Positions 1 through 14,277 of a DNA stretch of 64,000 bases are shown here, piece after piece. Within the stretch, counting starts at the first letter, position 1, and each line of letters begins with the position of its first letter. Below the pieces are notes generated by a model. It did not search any database. It worked only from the letters and a program-made list of their open reading frames with translations, and was not told the origin of the DNA. The stretch covers positions 164,550,001-164,614,000 of the forward strand of contig CM059425.1 of assembly GCA_030390025.1 (NCBI GenBank), read 5' to 3'. Position numbers and translations under genes: made by a program. This DNA is from Squalus acanthias. Its lineage: Eukaryota.

Positions 1-2632
1 TTGCCTTTGGTTCTTTTGCCAATCACCTTAAATCTGTGTCCTCTGGTTCTCGACCCTTCTGCCAATGGGAACAGTTTCTCTCTATCTACTCTGTCCAGAC
101 CCCTCATGATTTTGAACACCTCTATCAAATCTCCTCTAAGGAGAACAACCCCAGCTTCTCCAGTCTATCCACATGACTGAAGTCCCTCATCCCTGGAACC
201 ATTCTTGTAAATCTTTTCTGCACCCTTTCTGCACCATCCTTCTTAAAGTGCGGTTGAGGCCGAACTAGTGTTTTGTACAGGTTCATCATAATTCCCACGC
301 CTATGTACTCTATACCTCTATTTATAAAGCCCAGGATCCCATAAGCTTTTTTAAACTTCTTTCTCAACCTGCCCTGCCACCTTCAACGATTTATGCACAT
401 ATAACCCTAGGTCTCTCTGTTCATGCATCCCCTTTAGGATTGTACCCTTTAGTTTAAATTTCCTGTCTTCATTCTTTCTACCAAAATGTATCACTTCACA
501 CTTTTCTGCGTTAAATTTCATCTGCCACGTGTCTGCCCATTTCACCAGCCTGTCTATGTCCTCTTGAAGTCTATCACTATCTTCCTCACTGTTCACTATA
601 CTTCCAAGTTTTGTGTCATCTGCAAATTTTGAAACTGTGCCCTGTATTAATATTTATCAAGAAAAGCAGTGGTCCTGGAACCGACCCCTGGGGAACACCA
701 CCTTCCTCTAGTCTGAAAAACAACCGTTCACCACTACACTCTGTTTTCTGTCACTTAGCCAGTTTCGTATCCTTGCTGCCACTGTCCCTTTTATTCCATG
801 GGCTTCAACTTTGCTCACAAGCCTATTATGTGGCAATTTGTCGAATGCCTTTTCAAAACCCATGTACACCACGTCAACCCTCTCTGTTACCTCATCAAAA
901 AACTCAATCAAGTTGGTTAAACACAATTTGCCTTTAACAAATCTGTGCTGGCTTTCCTTAAGTATTCCACACTTGTCCAAGTGACTGTTAATTTTGTCCC
1001 TGATTATTGTTCCTAAAAGCTTCCCCACTACCGAGGTTAAACTGACTGGCCTGCAGTTGCTGGGTTTATCTTTACACCCTTTTTTGAACAAGGGTGTAAC
1101 ATTTGCAATTCTCCAGTCCTCTGGCACCACCCCCGTTTCTAAGGAGGATTGGAAGATTGTGGCCAGTACCTCCGCGATTTCTTCCTTCAGTTCCCTCAGC
1201 GCCCTAGGATGCATCCCATCTGGTCCTGGTGACTTATCTACTTTAAGTACAGCCAGTCTTTCTAGTGCCTCCTCTTTATCAATTTTAATCCCATCCAGTA
1301 TCTCTTCTACCCCCCTCCTTCACTATGTCTATGGCAGCATCTTCTTCCTTAGTGAAGACAGATGCAAAGTACTCATTTAGTGCCTCAGCCATGCCTTGGT
1401 CCCTAATCAGCCCCACCCCTTCTCTTACTACCCGTTTACTATTTATATGCCTATAGAAGACTTTTGGATTACCTTTTATGTTAGCTGCCATTCTAGTCTC
1501 ATACCTCTCTTTGCCCCTCTTATTTTCTTTTTCACTTCTCCTCTGAACTTTCTATTTTTAGCCTGATTCTCAGATGTATTCTCGACCTGACATCTGTCAT
1601 ACACGCTCTTTTTCTGCTTCATCATACTCTCTATCTCTTTCATCATCCAGGGAACTCTGACTTTAGTTGCCCTACCTTTCCCCCCTAGTGGGAATGTACC
1701 TCGAATGTACCCGAACTATTTCCTCTTTAAAGGCAAGCCATTGTTCTATTACAGTTTTGCCTGCCAATCTTTGATTCCAATTTACGCAGGCCAGATCCGT
1801 TCTCATCCCACTGAAATTGGCCTTCCTCCAATTAAGTATTTTCACTCTAGATTGTTCCCTGTCCTTTTGCATAGCTAATCTAAACCTTATGATACTATGA
1901 TCACTGTTCCCTAAATGTTCCCCTACCTGACACTTGCTCCACTTGACTTACCTCATTCCCCAGAACCAGATCCAGCAATGCCTCATTCCTCGGTGGGCCG
2001 GAAACATACTGATCAAGAAAGTTCTCCTGAACACACTTCAGAAATTCTTCCCCTTCTCTGCCCTTTACACTATTACAATCCCAGTCTATATTAGGATAGT
2101 TGAAGTCCTCCATTATCACTACTATATAGTTCTTGCCTCTCTCTGTAATTTCTCTGCAAATTTGCTCCTCCATATTTTTCCCACTAGTTGGTGACCTATA
2201 GAATACACCTAGTAGTGTAATGGCACCTCTATTATTTCTTAACTCTAGCCATATAGATTCTGTCCTTGACCCCTCCAGGACATCCTCTCTCTCCAGCACT
2301 GTAACATTCTCCTTAACCAATACTGCCACACCACCTATCTTTTCTTCCCTATCTTTCCTGAACACCTTATATCCAGGAATATTTAATACCCAATCCTGCC
2401 CTTTTTTGAGCCAGGTCTCCGTTATTGCCACATCATCATATTCCCATGTGGGTATTTACACCTGCAGCTCACCAACCTTGTTTACTATGCTTCGTGCATT
2501 CACATACATGCACTGTAAACCTATCTTAGACCATCCTGTGTTCTCTCTTAGTCTGACCCCACCTAATACCTTACTATTTCTTACTTTAGTGCTATCTGTT
2601 TCTCCCAATCCTTTGTACCCTTTGTTTCTCGC
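1..2632 (-). mobile_element. CR1 LINE, degenerate ORF2 (APE endonuclease and RT)
   Basis: Broken ORFs: [46 protein letters not shown]. Confidence 0.92.
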
Positions 2633-2634
2633 TG

Positions 2635-3285
2635 TTTCACCTGGAAGGAGTGTTTGGGGCCTTGGCCAGTGGGAAGGGAGGAGGTAAAATGGCAGGTGTT
2701 GCATCTCCTGTGCTTGCACGGAAGGTGCCGTGGGAAGGGGAGGGGCTGTTGGGGTTCGGAATGCTGAATGCGTGACCCCGAGCTTCCGGTTGCGTGTCAC
2801 TTTAATTCTCCGCTCCACTCTGACCTCTCTGTCCTTGACCTCTTACACTGTTCCAATGAAGCTCAACGTAAGCTCAAGGAACAGCACCTCATCTGTCGAT
2901 TAGGCACTTTACAGCCTTCTGGACTCAACAGAGTTAAACAATTTCAGACTATAACCTCTGCCCCTATTTTTTTTCCACACGGCACCTGTTGATGATTCTG
3001 CCATTCCCATTTACACCTCATCTGGAGTCATCTTTTTTGTTTCTTAACTTGTCCCATTACAATCTCCTTTTGCCTTGCACCATCATCCCTTGTGTCTTTT
3101 AATCTCTCCTGCCTTCCATCCTATCATAGATCTTCCCTTTTGTTCTTTCCTCCCCTCCCCCTGCACTTGCTTAAAATCTGTTACATTTCTAACTTTTTCC
3201 AGTTCTGATGAAAGGTCATCGACCTGAAACATTAACTCTGTTTCTCGCTCCACAGCTGCTGCCTGACCTGCTGAATATTTCCAAT
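2635..3285 (+). mobile_element. Penelope fragment with inverted 5' piece (2635-2765) and 3' pLTR
   Basis: DPELPVACHFNS...QRKLKEQHLI; decayed hammerhead at 3201-3237 (GAAACATT). Confidence 0.85.
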
Positions 3286-4500
3286 CATTCCTTGGTATCT
3301 GCCATTGTATTCACAACAAACTTTACATTCTGTTATTGTATTCATAATAAATTTACACACTGTACCCATTTTATTTGCAGGTTTTGTTCAGTGTGGTCAT
3401 CAACTGTCAGTGTGCTCCAAATCTTGATGCATCATTACATTTGTACAAGATTAACAATTAAGATGTTACTGTGGCACAATAGGTAGATCTGATTCTAAAC
3501 TTGGTTTCACCCAGATGGATTTCTGGATGAACCCCATTCTTCTGAAGCAATAGGGACCAATACATGTAACTGACTGTACAATCAGACCTTAATGGTGTAT
3601 TCAATGGGAAATGTCTGCCCTAAATGGGTTGTCTTTGATTGTTTCAAAGCCTTTTTTCATATACTAATTAATTCAAAAGTTGCTCCGGAGTTTGGACAGC
3701 TTATTTCCTACCAAATGTTAACATATGCGGACTGCGGACCATGGATAAATTTTACCTGAATACAGATTTTGGAATTAGTCCTCTAATTTTTCTTCAATTT
3801 TTTGAGAATCTTTTGTGCAAAAACTGCTAGAAGCTAAAGAAAAATATTTCATCAGTACAGCTGACTGAATGGTATTCAAGCACCTTGGAAGTTAGGTACG
3901 CTGCACGTGCTCAGACTACACAATCCAAAAATCAGTCACAGCTCTGGGTCCAAATCCAAGCCATATTATTGAAGGTGGCTCACGTTTTAAATAAAATCTT
4001 TATAAAGACAATAAAAGTCACAAAAACAGTTCAATGGATAAGTTTAATCATGTTATTGTGAAACATGTATTTTTTATATTTCAGTTACTTGTAATGAGAG
4101 AAAGTGAACACAAAAAGTGTAACAAAAGCATTACAACAAAAAGTCAAGCTGTGCAGACAGGAAATTTGCACAAACACAGGATTTTAAATTTTGTTTAAAC
4201 CCTTATTTTGGATGTTATAAATCTTAGTTACTGAGGAAAAAAATGGCAGTTTGTGGGAGTCTGGTGACCAGAGTGCAGAGTGATGAGTTTACTTAGGAAA
4301 ACCCCATATTAAATGCTGGCATAGGTAACTATAAAAACATCACAGTAGGAAGTCAAGTCATGCATACAGGAAGTGCACGCAGATGTAATATTTTTAATAA
4401 GATAGACAGATAACATTTCCTCTTTATAGCTGTGAAGAATAAGTGAGTGAATGGCATGACTTCCAGTCGCTAGACTGCTCCAACTATCAAACAGCACAAG

Positions 4501-5350
4501 AGGCCAAACCAATGTTTTATAAAGGTTCATCATAACTTCCTTGCTTTTGTACTCTATGGGGCAAACATTCGGTTGATTGGCACCACCCGTTAGCGCCCTA
4601 AGAGGGAAATTCAGCGGGAGGTTAGTGGCGGCGGTAACCATTAGTGCCCCGCGGCGCTGCGCCTCCGCCAATGACGTCATCGCCGAGTGCAGTGCCCCGC
4701 TCGCGCCCCGAGCCGCAATCTTCAGTAGCGCCCCCTGACTTACCACCGGACGCTATGTCCGACAGCGTCAAGAGGGCCTACCTGTGGCCGGGTGGCGCAA
4801 ATCAAAGGGGAGGTGCCGGGCGGCCATTTTTGTTGCTGGCCGCCTGCCAGCAGCTGCCCCCGGCCTCCTGTGAAGCCCCCCCGCAGGGTGCCGGCTGCAC
4901 TCCAATCCCTGGTGGCCCAGCTGGGCCCTGGGTTGCACTGCGCTAGGCCCTCCCCCTCTAGGGGTGCTACCAGTGAATTTCGGGCACGGGGGTGCTAAGT
5001 TTTTCGGGGCACTAAAAGTAGCGCCCCGGCGAGGTTAGCACCCCAAAGGGGGTACAACCTAATTTTGCCCCCTATGCCTCTATTTTTGAAGCCCAGTATC
5101 CCGTATGCTTTTTTAACCACTTTCTCAAGCTGCCCTGCCACCTTCAACAATTTGTGCACATATATCCCCAGGTCTCTCTTTTCATGCACCCCCTTTAGGA
5201 TTGTACCCGTTAGTTTATATTGCCTCTCCTCGTTCTTCCTGACAAAGGTATCACTTTGCACTTTTCTGCATTAAAAATCATCTGCCACGTGTCCGCCCAT
5301 TCCACCAGCCTATCTATGTCTTCTTGAAGTCTATCACTATCCTCCTCCTC
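4501..5350 (-). mobile_element. CR1 RT fragment split by a MITE
   Basis: RDLGIYVHKLLKVAGQLEKVVKKAYGILGF...EYKSKEVMMNLYKTLV; same subfamily as 1-2632 and 15511-17520. Confidence 0.9.
4558..5072. mobile_element. Non-autonomous PIF/Harbinger-type element (515 bp)
   Basis: Imperfect TIRs GGGGCAAACATTCGG / CCTAATTTTGCCCCC; 3-bp TSD TAT at 4555-4557 and 5073-5075; repeated TAGYRCCC subterminal motifs. Confidence 0.82.
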
Positions 5351-5588
5351 ACTCTATATCTGTCCCATATTATATGACTTGTCTCTGACTTTATTGAATT
5401 TCCTCAAGCTACAGCAGCTGGAATGAATGGTTTAGCTGGTCTATTCAGCCAAAGTTAGTGTGTGAAGCTTAGTACAAATCATTAATTACAATCTCTGTGA
5501 AAGGATAGAATTAACCACTAAGTGACAATGGCCCTTATAAAGACTTGGACTAGTTTATATTCATCAAAGAAAGCTCGTCAATACTTAC

Positions 5589-5702
5589 AACTTGCAGCTC
5601 CGGGTGTGTGATGTTAACTGAGATACATTCCATAAATTTGGCAAAACCTTCATTCAGCCAAAGATCATTCCACCACTCCATGGTTACCAAGTTGCCAAAC
5701 CA
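5589..5702 (-). CDS. ERAP1: ERAP1 coding exon 6 (114 nt), third zinc ligand
   Basis: ctcttAG|TGG...[47 protein letters not shown]. No next exon found in 1-5588, so the gene continues left of the window. Confidence 0.96.
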
Positions 5703-6824
5703 CTAAGAGAAATATTTTTACAAATATTATCAGCAACCAGTGTATTTTCCTGCTGCCTAAACAGACAATATTTCAACACTATCAATCAGTAAGCTTACTC
5801 AACACCATCTTTAGCATAACCCAGATATTTTTTCAATACATTTCACAAAGAGCAATATGGTGACACAGTACATTGGAGTACCAATACTTGATGCCCCATA
5901 GTAGTGATACCAGGGATTGATTCCCCTACTCCCTAGAGTTCCAAATCTGTCACGTGCTGTCAAAGCTGGTGATAGGCTAAGTGACTCTCGTCGTGAAGGA
6001 GCAAAAAATCAGAGGGAAAGTCATTCCTGAGCCACTCTTTAAAACCCTGGTGGCTGATTAAGAGCTGCAATAGCAGAGGCCTGGGGACTGATTCCACATC
6101 TTTCCTCTTAATCACAGGCGGTAAGAAGACAAGGAGGAGAGGATAAATACACTCAAAATTACTGATCAAAACTCACCGTCATTTTACTAAATGACCTATG
6201 ACAGTTCCATTTGGGAGTTTCGTCTGTCCCTCCGAGACCGCCACAACCCCGACCCATTTTCCTGGGCCAAGGTGTATTACTCATACAGGACAGGCTCCTA
6301 CCACCAAGTGGGAGCCTGCCGGTGACACCAAGGAAACTCCGGCATCATGGTCACCACTCCAGCATAACAAGAGGCATAGAGGGTCCTGAAAGGATCAGGA
6401 GACAGCAGGAGTGCAGCCTTGTAGTCCTTGGCAGAGACAGAGGCCTACACAGTTAAGTGAGCAGGGGCAATACTGGAGGGAAAGGAGGCCTCCACGAAAC
6501 CCATTGCTGCATTTTGGGGGCATTACCACAGCTACTCCAGGCCTACCATCACCCTCCACTAGGCAGTCCTGGGCAACAGTGTTAAGAAGGGTGAATGGGA
6601 GAGAAATGGGACAAGAGGCCATGCTCCACACCACCCTATGTGGCAGTCATGGTAGGGACAAGGAAGGGAAAATGGAGCTTGTGGCAGGGAGGCTGCGGCA
6701 TGCATCACCGCCCCATTTTCCCGCCATTTCCACTTTCAGGCGGGATAATGGAAGCATGTTCAGCCTGGTAAGTCTTTAATCTTCAATCAAAGTTGCAAAC
6801 TTTTAACTTAGTGCTATTCATTAC

Positions 6825-6979
6825 CTGGTGAGCCAGTTCATGCGCTATGATCATGGTGATCCCGAGTTTGTCAGAGGCTGAAGAGATTTCAGGGTTGTAA
6901 AGCAGGGCTGATTCTCTGTAAGTGGTTAGGCCCCAGTTCTCCATGGCCCCAGACTGAAAGTCAGGGATTGCAGCCAAAT
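6825..6979 (-). CDS. ERAP1: ERAP1 coding exon 5 (155 nt), GAMEN and HEXXH motifs
   Basis: cctacAG|AT TTG...CAC CAG|GTAATG; (D)[51 protein letters not shown]. Confidence 0.97.
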
Positions 6980-8199
6980 CTGTAGGGAAATCAGCAGGAT
7001 TATGGAAAGAAAACAGCACAAGTCATGCCTGAACATAAAATATTAAAAAAAGAGATTAAAAAGTATATCTTAATCAACTTGAAATGATTTAGCATTTTCA
7101 TTGTGTTCATATTTTGAAAAATACCTGTATATACGTCCAGACTGTGGCACCTTTTGGCAGCATTTATCACAAATGTGTATTATAAATGTTTCTGAATATT
7201 ATTCCTTTAATGTAGTGTTAGGAGCTGCAATTATATTCCTTTTTATAATATTTATTTTGAAAATATGCCAAATAAAAAACATACAAATCTGTATGTATAA
7301 GAAAGGAGAAAAAATCCAAAACAGATGGGCATATTAAGATCATTAAGAGCTGTTGGGAGTAGTAAGAGGCCCAATAGCCCAGTCCTATTCTGATAGATCG
7401 CAACCCCACCTCCCCTCTTTCTAATCAGAAGTTTTAATTATTTTTCTTTCTCCAGATACACGTACAATTGCCTCTTGAACCCGTTTATGCTGTTTTCAGT
7501 GCTGTGCACAATCATATATTCCAATCTTCCAGGGATGAAAAGCTGTCACTCAATCTGAGGAAAGAAGTGACAGCTGCCCAGAGAGTAACAAAAGGAGGCT
7601 ATTTACATAAAATCAGCCGTTGATTTAAACATCAAGGCATTTAAATTACTCAAATATTTGGACATGCCTGGAGTGCTTTTTCTCTGCACCTGAATTTTAT
7701 GAGATGCGTTCTGGGGCAGGACCCATTTCTGCCAGGTTTTCCCCCGTTAATGGCAGCAATCCAATTTTAAATCTCCCGGCGACCCAACTGCCGATTCTTG
7801 ACGGAGATCATTTAAATATATTTAAACCAGGACCTGTAGCACTGGCACATCAAAATCTCAGAATTTACGCTCACAATGCAGCTGGGTAATTTAAACTGAT
7901 TTAACTGAGGCGTATCTGTTGCCAGTAACAGCTGAGACTTACAGAAGTGTTTTACGTTGGAGTCCGAAGGCTGAAAAAACTTTAAGCACTGATTACTGGA
8001 GTTAGAAAAGAGACTTTTGTAGTGTTTTTTTTCTTGCTTTCCACCTGGACAGAGCTGCACTTGTCTCTGACAGGCTGAGGGCCCATGAGACCCCAGGGAT
8101 ATTTTTACCCCCACCCACAGTAAGAGGTTGAGAGTTCCAAGTATGGGATTCCAAATGGGCATTCCATTGTTTGTCATTTTAATGGAGAAGTAGTAGTAT

Positions 8200-9000
8200 G
8201 GAATGGAGGAAAGAAGAATGAGGCAGAATATGAGGAGGATGCAGCCTAGAAGATATTTCTTCAGCCCCCATAGAATTTACAGGTCACACACATTCTATGA
8301 AGATCTTAATGTTGAGCTCTGTGTGAGAAGTGTGCACATCACATTAGAGACAAACAAGAGCTGTGCCAGCTAATGCATGGCGACCTGCAGCCAAGATTAT
8401 CTGCCCGCACAGCTTTGCTTGTGGCTGTGAAAGTGATGACTACACTCAATTTTTATGCCACTGGCTCATTCAAGCAGCCACAGGGGATCTGTGCAATGTC
8501 ACCGAGGGTCCGGTCCGGGTATCCAGTAACTAATACACTTTTCAGGAGGGCTGGGCATTTCATCGAGTTTGGCATGACAAGCCAGCAGCACATCGCTGGC
8601 TTCCCCAAAGTGCATGTGCACCCACATAACATTGTAAGCTTTTACAGTTAACCCCTACAACTTTATCACTCACTGAATCCCCAGATTGAGTGCAGAAGTA
8701 TGCAAAAAATCCCCCACGTCAATGCCAGATTTGCTGGAAGTTATTGTGATGCCATCGTCCTCATGAATTCTGTCCTCCCCGAGCTATTCAAGGCAGATAA
8801 CCAAGTGAATTAATGGCTTGTGGGTGACGAGATGCGCCCCTTGCTGTCATCGATAATGACCCCTTTAATAGATGCAACAACAGCAGCTCAGAAGCACTGC
8901 AACTCTACCAGAGTAGTCATAGAGCCACCAGAGCCTTAAAGGGACACGTTCACTACCTTGACAGATCAGGAGGGGCTTGCAATATACTCTAGATCATGCA
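8200..9000 (+). mobile_element. Harbinger transposase relic
   Basis: MHGDLQPRLSARTALLVAVKVMTTLNFYATGSF...IAGFPKV, HARBI1-like and frameshifted. Confidence 0.75.
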
Positions 9001-9019
9001 TTCTGCATATCTGCAGGTA

Positions 9020-9160
9020 GACAGGACCTTAGTTTAACATCTCATCAAAGATGGCACCTCTAACAATACAGTACTCTCTCAGTACAACACTGAGGTGTCA
9101 GCCTAGATTAGGTGCTCAAATCCTGGACTGGGACTTGAGTCCATGATCCTCTGACTACTA
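9020..9160 (-). mobile_element. Deu-SINE (SacSINE1-like) 5' fragment
   Basis: Reverse-complement similarity to 42340-42490; similar decayed pieces near 33400-33520 and 58410-58550. Confidence 0.65.
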
Positions 9161-10184
9161 ACTGACTGAAAATTACCAGTACAGGAAATTGTTCCCTGAG
9201 GAATATGCTTTTGCAGGAGGATCTTATGGAACCCTACAGCTGTTAAGCATCTCATGCTTTAAATTTAAAAGCTGTTGGATCTGAAATAAATCACAATAAA
9301 TAGGTTAGAAGGGATGTGATTATTAACCCAAATCATCCCTTAAAAGGAAGATTCCTGAACTCTAAACATTTCTGTGTGACTCACTTACAAATGGCTGACT
9401 CAGTTCACAAGGTTAGAAGCAACCCGAGTCAAGTGGTAAATCAACTCCCAACAATGGCATGGATGATTTGACTGGAAATAATACATGTATAGGCTTATAG
9501 TGTGAACTGTGTGCGTGTACTTTATAGGACTGCACATGACTAGAATTCTGAATGTATGATTACTAAAATCAAAACAATTTATATCTTTATCGTTGCCATC
9601 TTTGCAATTACCTGAGGTCTTCGAGTCCTCATTAAATCTAGTAGTAGACTAATAGGCTGGCAACCAGAGCTCATGAGGTCATATCCACAACTCCACTTCA
9701 AATGAGATTCAAAACTGTCTGCTATCAACAAAGTTATGCTGTTATAGCAAGCTGCTAAATGAGACATAACAGCAAACACTGCAGCGAAAGTGGGAGGGTA
9801 TAGTACCAAACAAAAGCGTACACTAACCATGCCGCAGAATTGGCAGCAATCAGAGGTGCAGATTATCTTTCCCACTCAGATGAATGGGGTCATATAGTGG
9901 TAGGAAAATCTGCAAGAACTTTACAGAGGTTTAATTTTCTTTTTGGGTTATCTTTAGTGCACTGCCTAAGGTCTTTGCACTAAATTCCTGTCTGTGGCTT
10001 TTTAAACACAACAATGAATCCATTAAAATAAACAGTTTAACAACTGTGCTGTGGCTTAAAAATGATTTTTTAGTGAACATAAGCCAGTGCTTTCAAATAG
10101 CACAGAGGAAATTAAACTACATAGGGAAAGATAATAGAAAAACAACATTAAATGTATTAAATAGTCAGTATGTTGGTTCTTTAC

Positions 10185-10305
10185 CTTGTTTTGGCATTGG
10201 GTATGGAATATTAAAATAGTCTTCATAAAAGTCTAGGAGTCTCACTGCTGCATCTAATGCAAATGAAGTCTGATTGATCTTGTCTGGGACGGAATACACG
10301 GAGAT
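10185..10305 (-). CDS. ERAP1: ERAP1 coding exon 4 (121 nt)
   Basis: ctgatAG|ATC...CAA G|GTAAAG; ISVYSVPDKINQTSFALDAAVRLLDFYEDYFNIPYPMPKQ(D). Confidence 0.95.
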
Positions 10306-10558
10306 CTATCAGAGAGAAAAATAACTTAATTCAGTGTTTCCTGACACAGTTGCAGAGACAACATTGTATCAACATTGTACAATACAACCAAAACTTGCAT
10401 TTATATAGCACTTTCAATATAGCAAAGTATCCCAAGGTGCTTTTGCAAAGAGTGAGGAAATTAATCATTGTCATTGGTTTCAACAAAAGACAGAAGTCAG
10501 CCAAAATTATTCTTTCACAGGTCATCAGGAAATAGCTATCAAACAACTAGTTTACATA

Positions 10559-11168
10559 AAAACAGAAAATGCTGGAAATACTCAGCAGATCAGGCAGCAT
10601 CTGTAGAGACAGAAACAGAGTTAAGGTTTCAGGTCTGTGACCCTTCGTCAGAACTGGAAAAAGTTAGAGATGCAACAGATTTTAAGCAAGTGCAGGGGCT
10701 GGGAAAGGGGGGAGGGGAGGAAAGAACAAAAGGGAAGGTCTGTGATAGGCTGGAAGGCAGAGAGATTAAAAGACAAAAGGGATGATGGTGCAAGGCAAAA
10801 GGAGATGGTAATGGGACAAGTTAAGAAACAAAAGATGAGTCTAGATGAGGTGTAAATGGGAATGGCAGAATCATCAACAGCTGCCATGTGAAAAATAGGA
10901 GCAGAGGTTATGATCTGAAATTGTTGACTCGATGTTGAGTCCAGAAGGCTGTAAAGTGCCTCATTGAAAGATGAGGTGCTGTTCCTCGAGCTTACTTTGA
11001 GCTTTGCTGGAACAGTGCAAGAGGCCGAGGACAGAGGTCAGAGTGGGAGTGGAGCAGAGAATTAAAGTGACAGGCCACCGCAACCTCAGGGTCACGCTTA
11101 CGGACTGAGCGGAGGTGTTCCGCAAAGCAGTCTCCCAATCTGCATTTGGTCTCCTCAATGTAGAGCAC
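10559..11168 (-). mobile_element. 5'-truncated Penelope element
   Basis: 13-bp TSD ACTAGTTTACATA at 10546-10558 and 11169-11181; KLEEQHLIF; mutated hammerhead at 10619-10655. Confidence 0.9.
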
Positions 11169-12036
11169 ACTAGTTTACATAGCAGTTCAAATCATTCAAC
11201 ATATTTTTGTGCTTTTGTTCAAAAATTTCTTATTTTAAGTATAAAAAATTGAAGTTCAGTAAAGGACTCCCATCTCAGTTTGAGCAATAAAGCATTTGAC
11301 TCCCAACCAGAAGCACAAGTTCAAATTGTAAAACTACTAATCAAACAAACTCACTTATCACAGTTGGATAGACCACTAAAAAAAACTGACAAAAGCAAAT
11401 AAGATGTTCCATCTTGCTGAGGTTAGAAAACAAACTGGCAAACCCAACAGGTCCCATCTGAATCACACCTTCCAGTCTTGGACTGACATCAACCACACTC
11501 CCAGTTAAATATGCTAGCCTGACTATTTCATACTCCTAGCTGAAGAAGGATGTACATGATACATGTGGACAAGTAGTCTCCAAAAGGAACATTAATGTGC
11601 TTGTCTGACATTCCTTTGCCGACTATTATAACAAAGGTATCAACCCCGCAGCATGAAGAAATAGAGAAAATAAAAATTAAATTTAAAATTAAACCATGAT
11701 CTCGTATATATGCAAATTCTAAAATCACCGATTTGGATTTGGATTTATAGAACAGGGAATTTCTAATTGATTTGTAATAATAACGGATATTCTCAATTTT
11801 ATGGGAATGTAATGATGAGTTAAGTTACAACACTGTTAGGTCCTGAACTGCAGCATCATTAAATGTAAAAGGCAACTGAAATGATACACATGGTTACTGT
11901 TTATTGACCCAGCCTACATTAAAGCAACTCTCAAATGATACGACACGTTATGCCCGTGCACTAATGATACAAAGCTAATACAAGGCATAATGACCAGATA
12001 TTGTTGCACTGCTTTGAAGAAAAAGTATGAACTCAC

Positions 12037-12171
12037 CTTAACTCCATGCTTGGTCTCTTTACTGACCCATTTAAAGTCTGCCACGATGAAGGCCACGAGG
12101 TATGTGCTCATTTTAACACTCACATCAAATTGGTCCTCGATGAGTCCATCAGCAAGCTTAACAGAATTTAT
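12037..12171 (-). CDS. ERAP1: ERAP1 coding exon 3 (135 nt)
   Basis: ttttttAG|ATA...AAG|GTGAGT; INSVKLADGLIEDQFDVSVKMSTYLVAFIVADFKWVSKETKHGVK. Confidence 0.95.
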
Positions 12172-13419
12172 CTAAAAAAATACATATAATAAAATAGTCG
12201 ATGTCCCTTAGCAGTACTCATGGATGAAGAAAAAAAATTAAATGGCATCTCTCTCTTCCTATAATTTGTTTTCGTTTTGTACTCTTGGACTTGCAGACGA
12301 TAAATTTCAGGACTAGGAGGTGGGGCAGCAGAGGTCAGGGCCTTGACACAGTTTTTATATTTTTTGAGATTGTTTAAGCTTGTTCCTAAAAAACCAGCCA
12401 TCAGCATAATAATTAATTATTGAAAGCTAATTCATAGAATGTTACAGCTTTTGGCAAAACAAACTTATTTCACCAAAAAAAAAGACAAAATGATTTCTCC
12501 TATATTCCAATTGTAAATTACCTTTTTGAATAAAGTTATAGGGCTCAAAATTCTGAGATGTTATTTTTTTTTGGGAGGGGAGGAATGTGTAGTTCTGGCA
12601 GTCATCATCAGTGGTCTGCCTAAGGTTCGTTCTGGCTCAATTCTCCCTTCTCCAAACCACTCTGTCGCTTCTCTCTTCAATTCTCCATACGATCTCCCTT
12701 CTTCTGGTGGTCCAGATCCTTATTTTCGACCCTCGTGGTCTTTTCCTTTCATCCATCCATCTAAAGCCTCTTTCAACATCCGACCCCCTCTCAACACAGG
12801 CCTTTTCTAATTAATTTACCCTTTTCTAATAACATCAATCAAACTACGTTCTTCTTGTATCCTGGTCAACACCTCATTACTTTCCTTATCTCTCCACTTT
12901 ACTTGCTGAATCTATAAACCCCCATCTCAAAGCTCTCTGGAGGCCTGGTTCTTTGCTCAGGGTACATGTTTCAGCAAAATACAGCACTGTACTCCAAGCT
13001 CAGATATGTTGAGGAAAACTAAAGGAATACACAACTGATTAACTAATCCAAAACCACCAGCAAGAATCCTCATTAAATAACTATTTAACCAATTTAAATA
13101 ATGACTTGTGGGCCAAACCAACTGTGGAGTGTACGATTTCTGACAGAAATAAAGCAACATCACAAAACAGAAATCAGAATTTATAGATGTACGGTGTAGA
13201 GGACCAATCCACCAGTAACCAGAGAATCAAGCAGGGATGGTGGACTGTAAACATAAGAACATAAAAGAAATAGGAGCTGGAGTAGGCCATTTGGCCCTTC
13301 GAGCCTGCTCCGCCATTCAACAAGCTCATGGCTGATCTTCTACCTCAACTCCACCTGCTCGTTCTATCCCCATATCCCTTAATTCCCAAAAATGTATCGA
13401 CCTCTGTCTTGAATATACT

Positions 13420-14277
13420 TGAATAACCTCAAAAGTACCATCGTTCGCAGCAGATTACCCATCTTTCAGGAGAACAGCAACCACGACACCACACAACCCT
13501 GCCACGGCAACCTCTGCAAGACATGCCAAATCATGGACTCAGATACCATCATCACACGTGAGGACACTACCCACCAGGTACACGGTACATACTCATGTGA
13601 CTCGGCCAACGTTGTCTACCTGATACGTTGCAGTAAAGGATGCTCCAGAGTATGGTACATCGGCGAGACCATGCAGACACTGAGACAACGTATGAACGGA
13701 CACCGCGCAACAATCGCCAGGCAGGAGGGTTGCCTCCCAGTCGGGGAACACTTCAGCAGTCAGGGGCATTCAGCCTCGGATCTGCGGGTAAGCGTTCTCC
13801 AAGGCACCTTCAGGATACACGACAGCGCAAAATCATAGAGCAGAAACTGATAGCCAAGTTCCGCACTCATGAGGATGGCCTCAATCGCGATATCGGGTTC
13901 ATGTCACGATACAGAACGTGACTTGACATCATGGCCGGTCTTTCCAGGTGTTTTTTTTTTAAAAAGACTAACACAAGAACCAACACAAATTGACAGGATA
14001 TGCAGCCAGCAGGTGTTTTGACACGTTGGACCCCCTGGGACACATCTCATTGTCTTGGCTGTGCTCTTAGTGTGTCTTTGATGTAGGGAAAGATTTGAAT
14101 AGATTTTTTCTGTGCTTATATTGTGAATTCTGGGAGATTCTCTCACAGCTACTCTACCTGAGGAAGGAGCGAACAGCTCCGAAAGCTTGTAAAATTAAAT
14201 AAATCTGTTGGACTATAACCTGGTGTTGTGCGACTTCTCATTTTTGTCCACCCCAGTCCAACGCCGGCATCTCCACA
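13420..14277 (+). mobile_element. Penelope element, second family (GIY-YIG end and pLTR)
   Basis: CKTC...NVVYLIRCSKGCSRVWYIGETMQTLRQRMNGH; 13-bp TSD TCTTGAATATACT at 13407-13419 and 14278-14290. Confidence 0.9.
14155..14191 (+). ncRNA. Minimal type I hammerhead ribozyme (AGCU helix-III family)
   Basis: TAC-CTGAGGA-A-GGAGC-GAACA-GCTCC-GAAA-GCTT-GTA: core boxes, stem II, stem I TAC/GTA. Confidence 0.75.

Noticed and set aside
3756..3833. Minus-strand AG...GT exon-like segment downstream of the last ERAP1 exon
   Set aside because: Stop codons in all three frames and no resemblance to the expected next ERAP1 exon.
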